Shown in pieces: positions 1 through 12,122 of a stretch of DNA of 64,000 nt. Position 1 is the first letter of the stretch, and every line of letters starts with the position of its first letter. This stretch comes from Trichosphaerium sp. ATCC 40318 (Eukaryota; Protista; Tubulinea): assembly GCA_038496445.1 (NCBI GenBank), contig JALMLS010000093.1, forward strand, positions 682,001 through 746,000. The letters run 5' to 3'. A model generated the notes under the pieces. The model was not told where the DNA came from, searched no databases, and was given only the letters and a program-made list of their open reading frames with translations. The translations under genes were made by a program, and so were the position numbers.

Positions 1-193
1 CACAGCACTTAAAATTTACACACCTGGGACAATAGTAATTGTACGTTTCACTTTAAAAATAAACATCTGGAGTAAACAACAATCTAATGCTATCTTCTTT
101 TTCTAGAGCATTGCTGGAAGTTTTCTGGTAACCAAAAAAAACTCACGTGTCCACTTTAAAATACTTAAGTTGTGTTAACTTGGATTGTTCTAG

Positions 194-263
194 GTATGGC
201 TAATATCAATTCATATGGTGGCTGGATTCGCCGCTTGTAGTGCTTTATTTCTTGTTACTACAG
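194..263 (+). CDS. Possible exon of a membrane-protein gene entering from the left edge
   Basis: AG|...|GT-bounded segment reading VWLISIHMVAGFAACSALFLVTT (hydrophobic); the rest of the gene could not be assembled. Confidence 0.25.
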
Positions 264-1036
264 GTATTTCTATAGTACAAAGAGTACGATACCGAGAAAG
301 AAATTACCAAATACTTTAAAACCTAAGTAAAGTTGTTTGTTACAAGAACATTAACCATGATTATTGCAATATCAACCTTGGCAATATGCGTCCTGACAAC
401 TCTTTGAAAACCATAAAAATTATTTGATGTTAAGATGTAGGTATTGTCCTTGTTGGACTTAGGCTGTTACATTAATTAGAAGTTACATGAGACTGGTTAT
501 GTTTTGTTTCAAAATATTTCTTATTTGAGTTAACGTTACGAAGTAAGGGATTGAGTTTATTGTACAGGGAATATTCAATTCAAAAGATTGTGAAAAAAAT
601 ATTGTATGTTACAAAGTTATGAGCTTGCAGATAGTGTAACAAGTCTATTTAATTTCTTTAAAATCTTTTTGATTTTTTTTGTTTTATCTTGATACCTATG
701 TCCAGTTATTAGAACATGCTCAAGGTTTACCAAACCAGTAACCATCTTTTCAAAATTATCAATATCTAAGTACATATAGATAGGACAACGATAATCTAGA
801 ACCTTAATAGAACTACACCTAAACAGAAATTAGATCAAGACAATAACTTCTTTTTTTTTTTTTGGTACCAGACAGGTGTAGCCAAAACCAACTTTATTAA
901 TGTCTCTCTATCTTCTTCGTATTCTCCAAAAATACCTATATACAATGTATTTATAGGGTAGTTGAAAAAAGAAGCAAGAACAGATCTATCAAGCCTACAT
1001 GAACATCAGAAATACTTTCCAAAAAAAGAACTAAGC

Positions 1037-2709
1037 CTACTTTTGCGTGCAGAGAAGCTGAAAAATACGCTCACCAAGGCTTGGTACAAGCATTGAAATA
1101 TTTCCATTAAGCGTATCACCCTTAGTACACAGACATGCTATTTTTTCAAGGCACAAAAAAGTAAGTGTAGGTGGATTAGCAAAGCGTGTAGTAGCTTCTT
1201 TTGTTGATGCAAAGTTTAAGCCAGATCGTGTTGTTAAGTCTCTGATTTTAGAAGCAATAGGCACTTTGTGAGGAACAGTTACAAGTTCATTAGGTGAATC
1301 TATACCACATCTTCCATATCCACCATTCTGTCCCCAAGCCAAAACATCACCATCAGCAGTTAGCACTACGGAAAGTTTAAGTCAGAAAACACGTTAGCAT
1401 AACTTAACTTACCTGTCATATGATACACACCACATCCGATAGATACAATACGTTCTTGTATAGGTAAAAGCGTTGGTACTGCATTCTCAGAGTATTCATA
1501 TGTCTTAAAAAAATAATAACGACCCCAAGTAAACACTTTTCCCTGAACGGCAAAAGCAGTTAAAAAAAATCCTTTGAACTTTATAGAATGCTTATCGTTG
1601 TGGTTATACAAATTAAACTTACCTGATCGTTAAGAGCCATTATACTATATCCACATGCTTTGACTTGTACGATATTTGTTAAATTACACAACAAGTACAC
1701 TGACTGCTCTCCATTAGCCTAGAACCGATAGCTATTCGACATTTATTTGAAGCAACCTACCTGTCCTGTCCATGTGATAACACGTCCACAACAAGTTAAT
1801 GCTGCGCCATGATGATATCCTCCCTTTAACATTATCAACAAAGAGTAAACCAATGTATGTGTATTGTCTCTGAAACTTCTTTCGAAGCATAATAAAAAAG
1901 AAGTTTTGTTAAGTTTTACATACACTGATGTCTGCTATTTTGAACTGCTTAAACTCAGGTGTATCAAGTACTCTTCTAATACCTAATTTATCGATTTGAT
2001 ACGCAGCGCGACTATGCGTTATGCCAAAAAAGTGGTACTCTAATACGGCTTGAGCATTAAAAAACAAAGAATAAAAAAGCACGTCTCACAAAAGGATAGA
2101 CCTGCCTCACACGTGTTGACTAAAACGTTGAGTATTATATGTAATGTTAACGCACCTGTATTACACACTTTAGCAAAGCGTAGATCTGTGTCAACCTAAA
2201 ATGTGGTCAGAGGCGAAGAAAGAAAAAGATAAGAACCTAAAAAACAAATGGAAAAACCGCCACTTTCCGTTCCCAAAAAAAAATAACACTACAATCCGCA
2301 TTCATGGTCACGTGAGTTTATGGACAATAAATAGTACCTTTGAAAACGTTGATGGAATAGTTTGTGTACACTTTGACGCCCATACTTCGCCCTCTGAGGT
2401 TAAAGCAATACCTCCATAGCGACCAATTGCCATATCAACAATATTGACGTCTAAACAAATTAAAAATCCTTATTAACGCCAGAAACCATCATAACACAAC
2501 GCAAGACAGCGATACGAAAGCAATAAGTAATAAAATAGGCTCTTTAAACCAAATAAAGAAGCGCTTACCCATAAGTGATTCTATACGCCATGGTTCAGGT
2601 CCTTTTGATCCCTGCTCCTCTCGGCCTTAATTTGGTTAAAAACGGTTTGATGCTACCAAAAAAAGATAAAAACACAACGAACCCCACCAGTAAGTGCCTC
2701 CATTGTCAT
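1037..2709 (-). CDS. RCC1-repeat protein with C-terminal BC-box-like motif (multi-exon)
   Basis: Exons with RCC1 signatures: IALTSEGEVWAS, GGYHHGAALTCCGRVITW, GKVFTWG, IGCGVYH, LTADGDVLAWGQN..GRCG; C-terminal PPTLTFLCLEKI. Confidence 0.8.
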
Positions 2710-2989
2710 CTATGCCACATACAAAAAAGTCTCCAATAAACAAACGCGTCAGCTTCAATTCTTCCACATACTTATGACGTATAGGCGCTCTAAACAATAT
2801 TAACGAATAAAGAGCGTTTGAATGATCAAAAAATGGTTTAAACTCGACGTTACCGCCAATTCATATTCTTTGTTGGCATTGTGTATGCAACGCGTGCCTT
2901 TGGCAGAAATAACCTCGGTTTCCTTCTAGTGTGTCTGTACTTGGCGCTAAATTAGTTTCATTCGCTAAATAGCCCCACATATATACATG

Positions 2990-3590
2990 AGAAGCCATGC
3001 TGTGGTTTTATTAGTGGATTTGGCACTTTCTGAATATACAAAAACTTCTGAACAGTCAAATTGAGTATAATTCTGTGAACGCAGCCCAAGTCTATTCGAC
3101 CACATCCAGGTATCACTGTGCTCATCACAAGTTCATTCTGCTTAAAATAAAACAAGGTACAAATAGTCTATATACCTACACGTGTATTAGATGTAGTGAT
3201 GGTGTTAATGGCTCGAAATATTGGCCTGTAGAGCCAAATGCAAATACTTGTGAATTGAGAAAGTTTATTATCCAATAACAATTTTGTGCTGTGGTTTAGT
3301 GCTACCGACCTTGTTCTCTTGCATACTAAATGGCTTGAAGAATACAACACCGAGAGAAGGATCTTCGTGAACATCAAAGCTTGTCTCTTGAATTTCACTT
3401 GGTAGCGTGCACCCCCAGTAATTGCTAGTCGCAGTAACACAGTACTTTTCACTTCCAGCTTTTAAATTCCTCAGTATTGTCGAAAATATTTGAAAAGTGA
3501 TACACCAAGCCATTAGAAAACAATCACCAGACGACAACAAGTACTGGAATTTTGCTGGTGTTCAAAAATATGTATTACAGCTTTATTGAC
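2990..3590 (+). mobile_element. Possible degenerate Tc1/mariner (DDE_3-like) transposase relic
   Basis: Stop- and frameshift-broken patches in the expected order: IRCSDGVNGSKY, DLVLLHTKWLEEYN, LSIVENI*KVIHQAIRKQSP (cf. Tc1 DLNPIENLW); no TIRs seen. Confidence 0.25.
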
Positions 3591-3704
3591 ACTTATTAGA
3601 TACATTACCCATTATTTAATACGAACGTCATAAGTTTATTTACTGCTTGAAGATGTAGTTAAATAAAACCATCGGTTTTTTTCGCACTTTTTTTCCCAAC
3701 AGGT

Positions 3705-4791
3705 TTACTGGAGCACACACCTCTCTTTAAGTTGTTGCTTTTGTTGCTGTTGCTGTTGCTTCTGTTGCTGTTCCAACTTATCTACTACCGTCCCCATAGC
3801 CATATTCCACATGTCTCTGATATCGCCTTCGTTAGTGGCACATGTCTCTACATAAGCTACATTTGCCTTCTTGGATTCTTTCAAAGCTTCCTCATTAGAC
3901 ACGCCACCTTCACTTCGAAGGTCTAGTTTCATACCAACCAACACTATTGGCATATCTGGTACAACAGATCGCACTTCAGGGATCCAGTAATACAATGCAT
4001 GCTCAAACGAACTTCTGTTATTGACAGCAAAGCAAACTATAACAACATCTTGTGATTTATAACCAAGACGCCGTAGTTTTAAAAATGATGACTCAGACGG
4101 CATATCACACAAGCGAGGTGAAACTGCGTGTAAAAAGTTGTACAATACGTGAGTAGTGACTGGAAACATTGGGGCCAATGTATTGAAGACACCAGCTTCA
4201 TGCCCGTCCTGAAAAAGTACGTTACTAACAGGATTAAGAAAAATATAGGAACCTCGTCAAAGCATATAAACCTCAAGAGAGATGTAGTTTTGCCTTTGAA
4301 TGAAGTCAACTTACAAACGTGTCATATGTTATGCCATACCTACGCCATGATCACCAACAAGAGCAAGATGCAACAAATTTCTCTACAATACCATTTTTAA
4401 GCAAACCAGTTGAGTTTTACAAAACGTTTTTACCTCAAGATCTAACAGAGGTTCAGATATCCATTCTCTTGCTTTTTCTACAAATAAACTCTTTTGTAAA
4501 ACTTTTCCCTGACTTGTTGGTTACGAGGCGAAAAAATACAAGATTGATATTACCATTGTTGTAGGTAGCTCTAAGTGCGTATAATAAGAATAAAAATCAT
4601 CAACGTGTCGTTTCCAAATTGAATCCTGTGCCGTGAGCTCCTGCCAATGACGTGACACGCTCTGAAATACACACAGGTGGTACCTAGGGCGGTTATGTTA
4701 ATTAACAAAAAACAAGCAAATACCACTCCAAATTATCGAAAACGTTCAGCCACACTATCTCAGGAAGAGTTTCCCATGTTAGGTTAGACAT
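3705..4791 (-). CDS. F-box + atypical Rho/Rac-family GTPase fusion with poly-Q and CaaX
   Basis: Spliced frame: MSNLTWETLPEIVWLNVFDNLEWYHLCVFQSVSRHWQELTAQDSIWKRH (F-box), then LALVGDHGVGKT (G1), LCDMPSE (degenerate G3), DVVIVCFAV, WIPEVR, IVLVGMKLDLR (G4), YVETCA (G5), ending CVLQ. Confidence 0.8.
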
Positions 4792-5181
4792 AACACTTGT
4801 ATAAAAGAGAAATAATGCTGTATCAACATCAATTCAAGCAAAGTGTTTTGGCCGGAAAAACTGGCGGAGCAAAATCAGAAATATAGGATTATAGCACTGC
4901 AAAATAAAATAGCGCCTAGGTTATACTGCGGACTACAGTGTGAGGCGTTTAATAGGTTAAAAAAGTGCCTTAGTTGGTCCAACAAAAGAGCCATCTACTG
5001 AGCCCTCTTCCAAGGTGAGGTATTGTTGACATTTCTTCTGCAGATTAAGCTCCAAGCCTGGTTTCAAAATCTTGTTGTGTGAACTTTTTGGATAGCTGCT
5101 ATATTTGTAGTGATATTACAAAACAAAGGTCGATGACAAACAAATGAGAAAGAGGAACAAAGCGTCAATACAAGCAAGTTT

Positions 5182-6555
5182 TTAGTTTATTTCCACTTTA
5201 TACAAGTCATCAATTTTACCTTCTACCTCACCAACTACATAAATTGTACCTTTCGAATATCCAACAACATTAGCAGCACAAATATTAGGATCAATATCAA
5301 CTTTTTCTACTTTATGTTTATCATCGTCATTTAGAGACATTCTGTATACACCTTCGAAACTACCAAAGTAAAAACATTCTTGTTTTTCATCATAAACAAG
5401 ACCATTAATAACATGTTTACCTTTGTAAACAACTTCAAAAAAAGGAATCATTTTTTTCTTCTTGTCGATACTCTTCTTCGCTGTCTTCTCCGCCTTGTCT
5501 TTGGCGACATCTTTGTTCTTATCCCCCTTGTTCCCTGTGGTCTTTTCTGTGTTGTCTTTCGTTTCTTTATCACTGACAGCCTGTTTGTCCTTATCATCCT
5601 TCTTCTCATTCTCATCAACCTCCTTCTTGTCATCATTCTTTCCTACTTTTTTCTTATTAACTTTATCATTCTTTTCTTCTTCTGATTCCTCCCTAAACTT
5701 AAGAATCTTTACACGTCCATAATAATCAAATCCTTGTTCTTCAAGAGCCATATCAACAACATAAATATCTTGAGTTTTCTTGTTTATACACATTGTATCA
5801 AAGAAAGATAAAACTCTACCATCATCAGAAGAAGTATCACTTGGTTGCGTAGATACTGTACTGACTACGTAGCCGCTTAATGTTGTAGATCGGAACTTTT
5901 CGTTGTTGTCCAGTATTATAAGGTTTTTATTATCCTTATCAAATGATAAAGCGCCTGGAGTGTTCAGTTTTGCTGGTTTCGGTTTTGGTGTTTTTGGAAT
6001 CTTTTTCTTCTTTTCTGCCTTTGATGTACCTTTACCTCCCTTTAAAGGTTTCACCTCTTGTTTTTCGTTGTTTTCAGGTGTTTCAGTAGCCTGTTTGGAG
6101 GTGATGGTGTCCACAGAACCTTTTTTGTTATGTACGCCTATTATTGTCGATATTGTTTGCTTTTTGATGTCTATGGCGCGTATTGTATGGTTTTCAGAGT
6201 CGGAAACGTACAACATATCATTTTCATCTAAATAACCGTTTTTATGTCATTCTTTTTGTTTGATTACGTTGTACCTATAGCCAAGCACTCTGGACAACCT
6301 AAATGAGCAGTTTTGAAATCTCCGTCATGTTTCTCTTTATCAGAGTCTTTCTGGGGTATAAGCGTTTCTATTTGACCCGTTTGGCTTATTTTGCCGAACG
6401 TTTTTTCAGTCTTGGAAACAAAATACGCCTAAAGGTCACTAAGCGTTATAACTACGCGTAATGCGTACGTCTCCCGTTGACGAAATCGCCATGGAACTTA
6501 GCAGCGGTAGCTTTAGCATCGGTTCGCCTGGGGCGTATTGTGACGCTCTGGCCAT
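5182..6555 (-). CDS. NHL-repeat/beta-propeller protein with long Lys/Asp/Glu-rich inserts
   Basis: LYVSDSENHTIRAID, AKLNTPGALSFD, DIYVVD; upstream exons MARASQ...ISSTGD and HDGDFKTAHLGCPECLAI. Confidence 0.65.
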
Positions 6556-6963
6556 GTTTTTGGTACCTTACAGATATCAGGAGCGTTATTATAGCTTCGT
6601 ACTGGCATTTCGCGTTGTAACAGTTGCAACATGCAATCTATGGCGTCTGTACGCACTACACGTGCGATGGCCTGCTTTTACAATAAACATCAATCGAATT
6701 AAAACAAATTAAGCCAAGAACATTACGCTTTTTTAGGTTGTGTTCAATGTTAAGACAAACTCTTCTTTGGTTTCAATCTGTCACGTGCACGCAGTAAGTG
6801 GTGAAATGTGTTCAATTTTGAAATAGCTTGTATGTACAGAGGTAGTTGTGTAGACAAAGAATTAACGAAGTACAAAACATGGACATATACCATAAAAGTA
6901 AAGTAACTCATATAAATACACTTTTATTACAATTTGTAACCTCTTGTTGCGTTGTTCTCTTTT

Positions 6964-9172
6964 CTAGTAGCCACCTTGTCCTCCTCCATATCCATTATTA
7001 CTTTGTTGTTGGCTTTGTATATACGCCGGTCTTGTGTTAACAGACAAAGATCGCTTTGGTAGTGGAGGTCCCGAAGAAGGTAGCGTAGGTACAGCTCTCT
7101 TTGGTGGTACAGAAGGTGCATACCTTCGCTGAGGTACAGAAGGAGAAGCAGTTCTCTTAGGTTGAGCTACAGGAGAGAAGCTACGCTTAGGAACTACTGG
7201 ACTGCTTGGTCCTCTTGGAGGATATACAGGTGACCTCTGTGGGGTTGCTGGTCCAGGTGAACTTCCATACGTTTGATGTTGAATGGTACCTCTTGGTGAG
7301 GGAAAAGATCTTTGCGGTACTTGTGAAGACGGACTATGCTGTCGTTGTTGATTATGGTATTGCGGTTGTATTTGTGGTTGTACTTGTGGCTCCATATGTA
7401 TACCTGGTGGTCCAGCAAGATATCCAGGGTCTTCTTCCTCATATGTATCCATTTGTATCACGTTCATATCCGGCATGTTTTCTGGCATTTGATTCGAATA
7501 CGGATCTTGTGGTTGAGCTCTTGGCTGTGTAATATGTTTTGGTTGTTGCATACTCATAGGTCTTTGTGGTGTAGAAGGTGGATAGTTACCGCCTTGATGT
7601 TGAATATACCCAGGTGATTGTTCATGTGAAAGAAGTCGAGATCTAGGCGATTTACGTGGAGGTAAATTATTTTGATAAGGAATATGTTGTGATGAACGGT
7701 TTTGTTGAGCATTGCGTTGTCGTAGTACTATTGAAGGGCTTCTAGACTCTGCCTTAGGTTGAAATGAACCTCTACTTTGATGCATACTCTCCATAGTTTG
7801 TATTTTACTTGCACGTTGTATTGGCGTTGCATTCAATGACGGTTGTGATATATTTCTTCTTATATTACCACTTGTACGAGGTTGGTTATGATTATGCACT
7901 ACTGACGCTTTTGCCAAGTTTGTTGAAGCACTCTTTACAATAGGTCTTGTATTATTGTTCGTTGACATACGTCTTGGTACTGCAGGGTTTACATGGGTAT
8001 TACCCTAAAAGAGAGTAAATACCAAAAACGAAAATCGAAAAAAAAACCAATAGTTTCGCTCTCCTGTTGAAAGAGTCACGTGGTTGCGTACCGGCTCGAA
8101 TCTTGGAGATTGCGAAGAATTTAAATTTCTATTGACTTGGTTTGTTCTTGTGCCAGTAGATTGAGTTTCTTGGGACTGCATTTGGAAGTTGGAAGTCGTC
8201 GATTGCTCTTTGAAACATCGTTCTGAAAATGGTGTCAAATAACAAAAATTTTACACTCACTTCTAGTGTACCTTGAGCTTCTTTTAATAAACGCATGGTA
8301 CTTGGATTCTTAGCACCATGATAAGCATAATCCCAGGGGGTTTCCTACAGGATAGTTAATGATTGTTGAGACCTGTAAATATCAGAAAGAAACCAAGGAA
8401 AATCATTGGTTGGCTGAACAAAAGAAAACTCTTAGACTGTACCCTAACGCCACCACGTTCCATTTTAGCTAAAGGATTCGCTCCACTATTGAGTAATAGT
8501 TGTACTAATGTAGGTCTAGACTCAATCGAAGCAAGATGAAGTGGTGTCTCCTACAAGAGTGTCAACGAATAAAAAAACAATCAAAAAAACTTGCGTAAAA
8601 CTTTGCTTTAGCGTTTACATCTGCTCCAGCTTTTATTAACAGCTTACAAGTCTCTAGGTAGTTACCATAACATCTAATAAACAGGTTTAGAGTAAAATCA
8701 CATTTACGAGCGGAATTTCTAGCGAGGAATTGATTTAATGTGCGTACGCTCTATGAAGTGGTGTATCATGCTATAAACAAGCGTTAAAAGGTTTATTGTT
8801 TCGAAGTGGTTTCTTTACGCAAAAACGACCGAAACGTACCTGAATATTCTCTACGGCGTTAACGTTTGCGCCACTGACTATTAAAAAAGCAACAACTTCA
8901 CTTCTACCTTCGCTACACGCAGCATGAAGCGCTGTTTCCTTTTAACATACGGTTAGTGCTACTACGTAATTGTGCACATACTCCTGTTTTAGTTCGTGCG
9001 TTTACGTCAACATTCTTTGCAATAAGTTGAGTAACTTTATCAACACGCCCTTTACGTGATGCTTTAATGAGTTTCTTTGCCTTGCCTTTCATTACGCATC
9101 AACCAGTTGTACCGAAAAACGAACAATGAACATAGAAAAACGCGGACTGTCAACTAGATTGCTGGCAGCCAT
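6964..9172 (-). CDS. Ankyrin-repeat protein with long Pro/Gln/Ser-rich C-terminal tail
   Basis: ETALHAAC, HDTPLHRAC, ETPLHLAS, ETPWDYA repeats; likely first exon MAASNLVD (ATG 9172) spliced to SKAKKLIKASRKG; alternative ATG at 9092. Confidence 0.85.
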
Positions 9173-9339
9173 ATAGCGGAATAGAACCCTTCATCAGGGC
9201 AGAAGGGTTGTTGCCTAAAGGGGTTTAGTATTACCCGTTTTGCTTATAACAATGATGTATTCTTGTGAGAACAGTAGGAATTAATTAGTGTATTTTACAA
9301 GTATCTCTTAGACGGTTTATGTACAATTTGTTTTGGTTT

Positions 9340-9643
9340 TCAATGTTTGTGACCACAAGAACTCTCACTATCGCTCTCACTATCGCTTTCATCCCATCTA
9401 CGCGGTTTATGGTATACACAACATTCTAAATGGCGTTTGTTAAAAAAAAGGCGGGTTTCGTTCTGAGAAGGTACAATTTTGATACTACGTACTCTTAGAC
9501 TTCTTTTTATTCATATTTTCATTGTCTACTGTATCTTCTGCCCAACTGACATGTTTACGCTTTAACTTCAGTACAACAGGTGCCTCTGTAGCAACAGTAG
9601 TTACCAAATTGGTGCTAACGTTATTGGTGGCTGTATTACTCAT
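9340..9643 (-). CDS. PPP1R11: Protein phosphatase 1 inhibitor-3 (Ypi1/PPP1R11), two exons; absent from the ORF track
   Basis: KRKHVSWAEDTVDNENMNKKKSK|KCCVYHKPRRWDESDSE matches the RVxW + DTVDNE + CCIY family signature. Confidence 0.92.
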
Positions 9644-10130
9644 TTCCTCGTTTCAAACAAACTTGCTTTTTTGAATGCTCAACACATTTCTTGTCGGTGG
9701 TATTACTACACGTTTATAGGTTAACTACCATAACCACTATATCAGATATAGCATGCTTAGGAACCTGAGAGTTTACTAGGTAAGGCATTAAAATATCACG
9801 TGATTTTTCTAAAGTTGTCTCACACAACATTGCTTTTTGAACTTGAGCTTTTTTAATAGAACTCGATATTCCTTTTTCTACTTATGCGTCAGTGTTGGTG
9901 CGCTATTCTTTTTAAAAACATGTGCAATAAGGATTAAGTTATTAGATACTTTAGTTTCAACCCTCTTGAAGAACTCAATAGCACTCTGTCATTGTCTAAT
10001 ACTTTAATTTGTAAATAGTGTAGGATTCTGTAACTGCAAAGGAAACCAGAAACTCAAGAAAAGTTTTTACATCGTTTATTGTACATTAAATAATCTAGAG
10101 AAAAATGGTTTTGTTTTTTTTTTTTGACTC

Positions 10131-11933
10131 TTAAACAGTATTCTTTCTCATTAAAAGTAAAGGAGACAATGCCTTCACTGGCGCAGGTCGCTTAATACGT
10201 TCTGTGAGAATATCAGGACAATCTTTGGGAGTCATTTTCCATCGAAGAGGTTTCTTCCTTGGTACGTCTCTTCGCTTAGCCGTGGGTTTTCTAGCGCTTC
10301 CTCCTCTTGATTTTTTTGGAGAAGCTCTACGTTTTTTATCCCTTGATGTTTTTGGCACTGTTGCACGAAGTTTATGATGACCGGATATTTTCGCTGTTTT
10401 CGGGGTCGTTGTAGTACTTTTTCCCTTTGGAGTTGTGAACTTTTTAGGTGAAATTGTGGGCACTGAGTTCTTTGGAGATGATTGTACAATAAAATCTTCG
10501 AGTTTCCCAATGAGATCTCCATGTTGACAAGGTAAAACTTTTGGCAGTTCAGGTAAACTTTCTGTTACTTTAGACGCAGAATCCCATAAAAGATTAATAA
10601 GATAATTCTTCCATGCCTTTTAAACAATAAGAATTTAATTTGGTTTTTTTACATTCCACGTGACAATCACGTGTTTGGAAAAAAATAAATACTTACGCTG
10701 TGGTTAATCTTTGACATATCCTTTCTTTGTTTGGCTATGCAGAGAAGATATTTCGCTATGTAAGTGTAAGTAAGAACAAAGACAGTTGATGAGTCTTTTC
10801 AAAAAAAAACGTACTCATATAAAAGAGCTGTGTATCATTTTGACATGCGAAAGCATTCTTAAATGGAGGAATTCTAATTCCCTAAGCTTAATAAGATACT
10901 AGGTACGGTTATTAAAATACATACATTGGGTTTATTGAGATGGAAATTCCATGGTATGTCGTCCACCTACATTCAAAGAAATTAGGATAAGTATTTTAAG
11001 TTTGCTCATACGTGAACAGTGTTGTGTTTGTTATACTGTGGGTATTTAGACCATATAATTTGTAACGGCTTTACAGACGGGTATATATCTTGATTGGTCT
11101 GTGTAGAACGTTTTTTAATAGCCACACAATGATCTTTGTTTAAAGCTATAATTGCTATTAGTTTTCTTTTGTTTATGTCGCTAAACCACACCTGCTACAA
11201 TCTTAAATTTCCTACTTGTTAACAATCCCAAATGCTTCATCTTTTGTTCAACATATTTAAAAGGAGTAGAAGACCTAAAGATGATAAGAGAGCGAACGTG
11301 AAAAAGAACAATCAAACTCCCAAAAAAAAAAGTGTTGTGAATTGGGCCTTTGTGTAGTTTTTCTTTTGTTATCTTAGTACCATATTATAATATCATAGCG
11401 TTCGTAGCAAGCCTCCTAAATGCGGACATTAATTAGTTGTGAACTTCAGAAAATAACGGAGTGTACGTACAAGAAATTCGTTCATGTATGGTCTCCGGAA
11501 ATGGTAGAGGAGTTCCAGATCTTTTTTATACTGTTTTTTAATTGATGCTTTCCATTGATGATCATATAAAGTATAATCTATATCAAGTACCAGACAGAGC
11601 TTCCCTGGGCGTGGTTTTGCATATTCTGCAAAGGGTAACTACAAATGTTAGGAGTTTAAAGAAGCAAAGTCTCCAACTGTTTGTAAGGTGTTGAAACGCG
11701 TAGCAGTCACGGTTTTAAGCATTACGAACGCCTACCTTTGCTGATTCCTTAAGTTGTTCAGCAACGTCTTTTTTTCTCTTCGGATTAGCTTTACGTGGCG
11801 TCGGTTTTACTATAACGACGGGTTTTGCTGTCTTAGAAGAAAAGCGAACTATGACGCTAACCAATATAAATGCAGCCATGCTTAGAGGCAACAATTGCCA
11901 CGGCACTAACGTAACGTCAAGCATTTCGTACAT
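10131..11933 (-). CDS. UBLCP1-like HAD (FCP/SCP) phosphatase with N-terminal TM helix and basic C-terminal tail
   Basis: KPRPGKLCLVLDIDYTLYD, RRPYMNEFL, VKPLQIIWSKYPQYNKHNT, DDIPWNF; hydrophobic N-terminus; Lys/Arg-rich tail with TPK/SPKK motifs. Confidence 0.8.
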
Positions 11934-12122
11934 TGTGACGCAATAAAAGCCTACACTAGGCTAAGCCGCAAAATAACATAAGCGCACCTTAGCTACAAAC
12001 TCTTAAACTTACAATGAGGCTTGCATTGCGATGTACAAAGCAGTGCCAAGACGACTAAATACCAACCAACCCACAAAAGTCATTCAGTTAAACGCAGCTA
12101 ATATTTATTGTTGTTACAACTA

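Noticed and set aside
5380-6235. Hydrophobic plus-strand ORFs (also 3732-3926, 7206-7617, 32438-32767)
   Set aside because: Antisense shadows of low-complexity coding sequence on the minus strand
9136-9241. Plus-strand structured segment with patchy resemblance to U11 snRNA; CUGAUGA (hammerhead core) and a CUAAACCCC telomerase-template-like stretch on the minus strand
   Set aside because: No Sm site and no GAAA/stem III. The AAAAACGCGGAC start is simply the antisense of a splice donor, and the region is explained as the first exon and leader of the ankyrin gene
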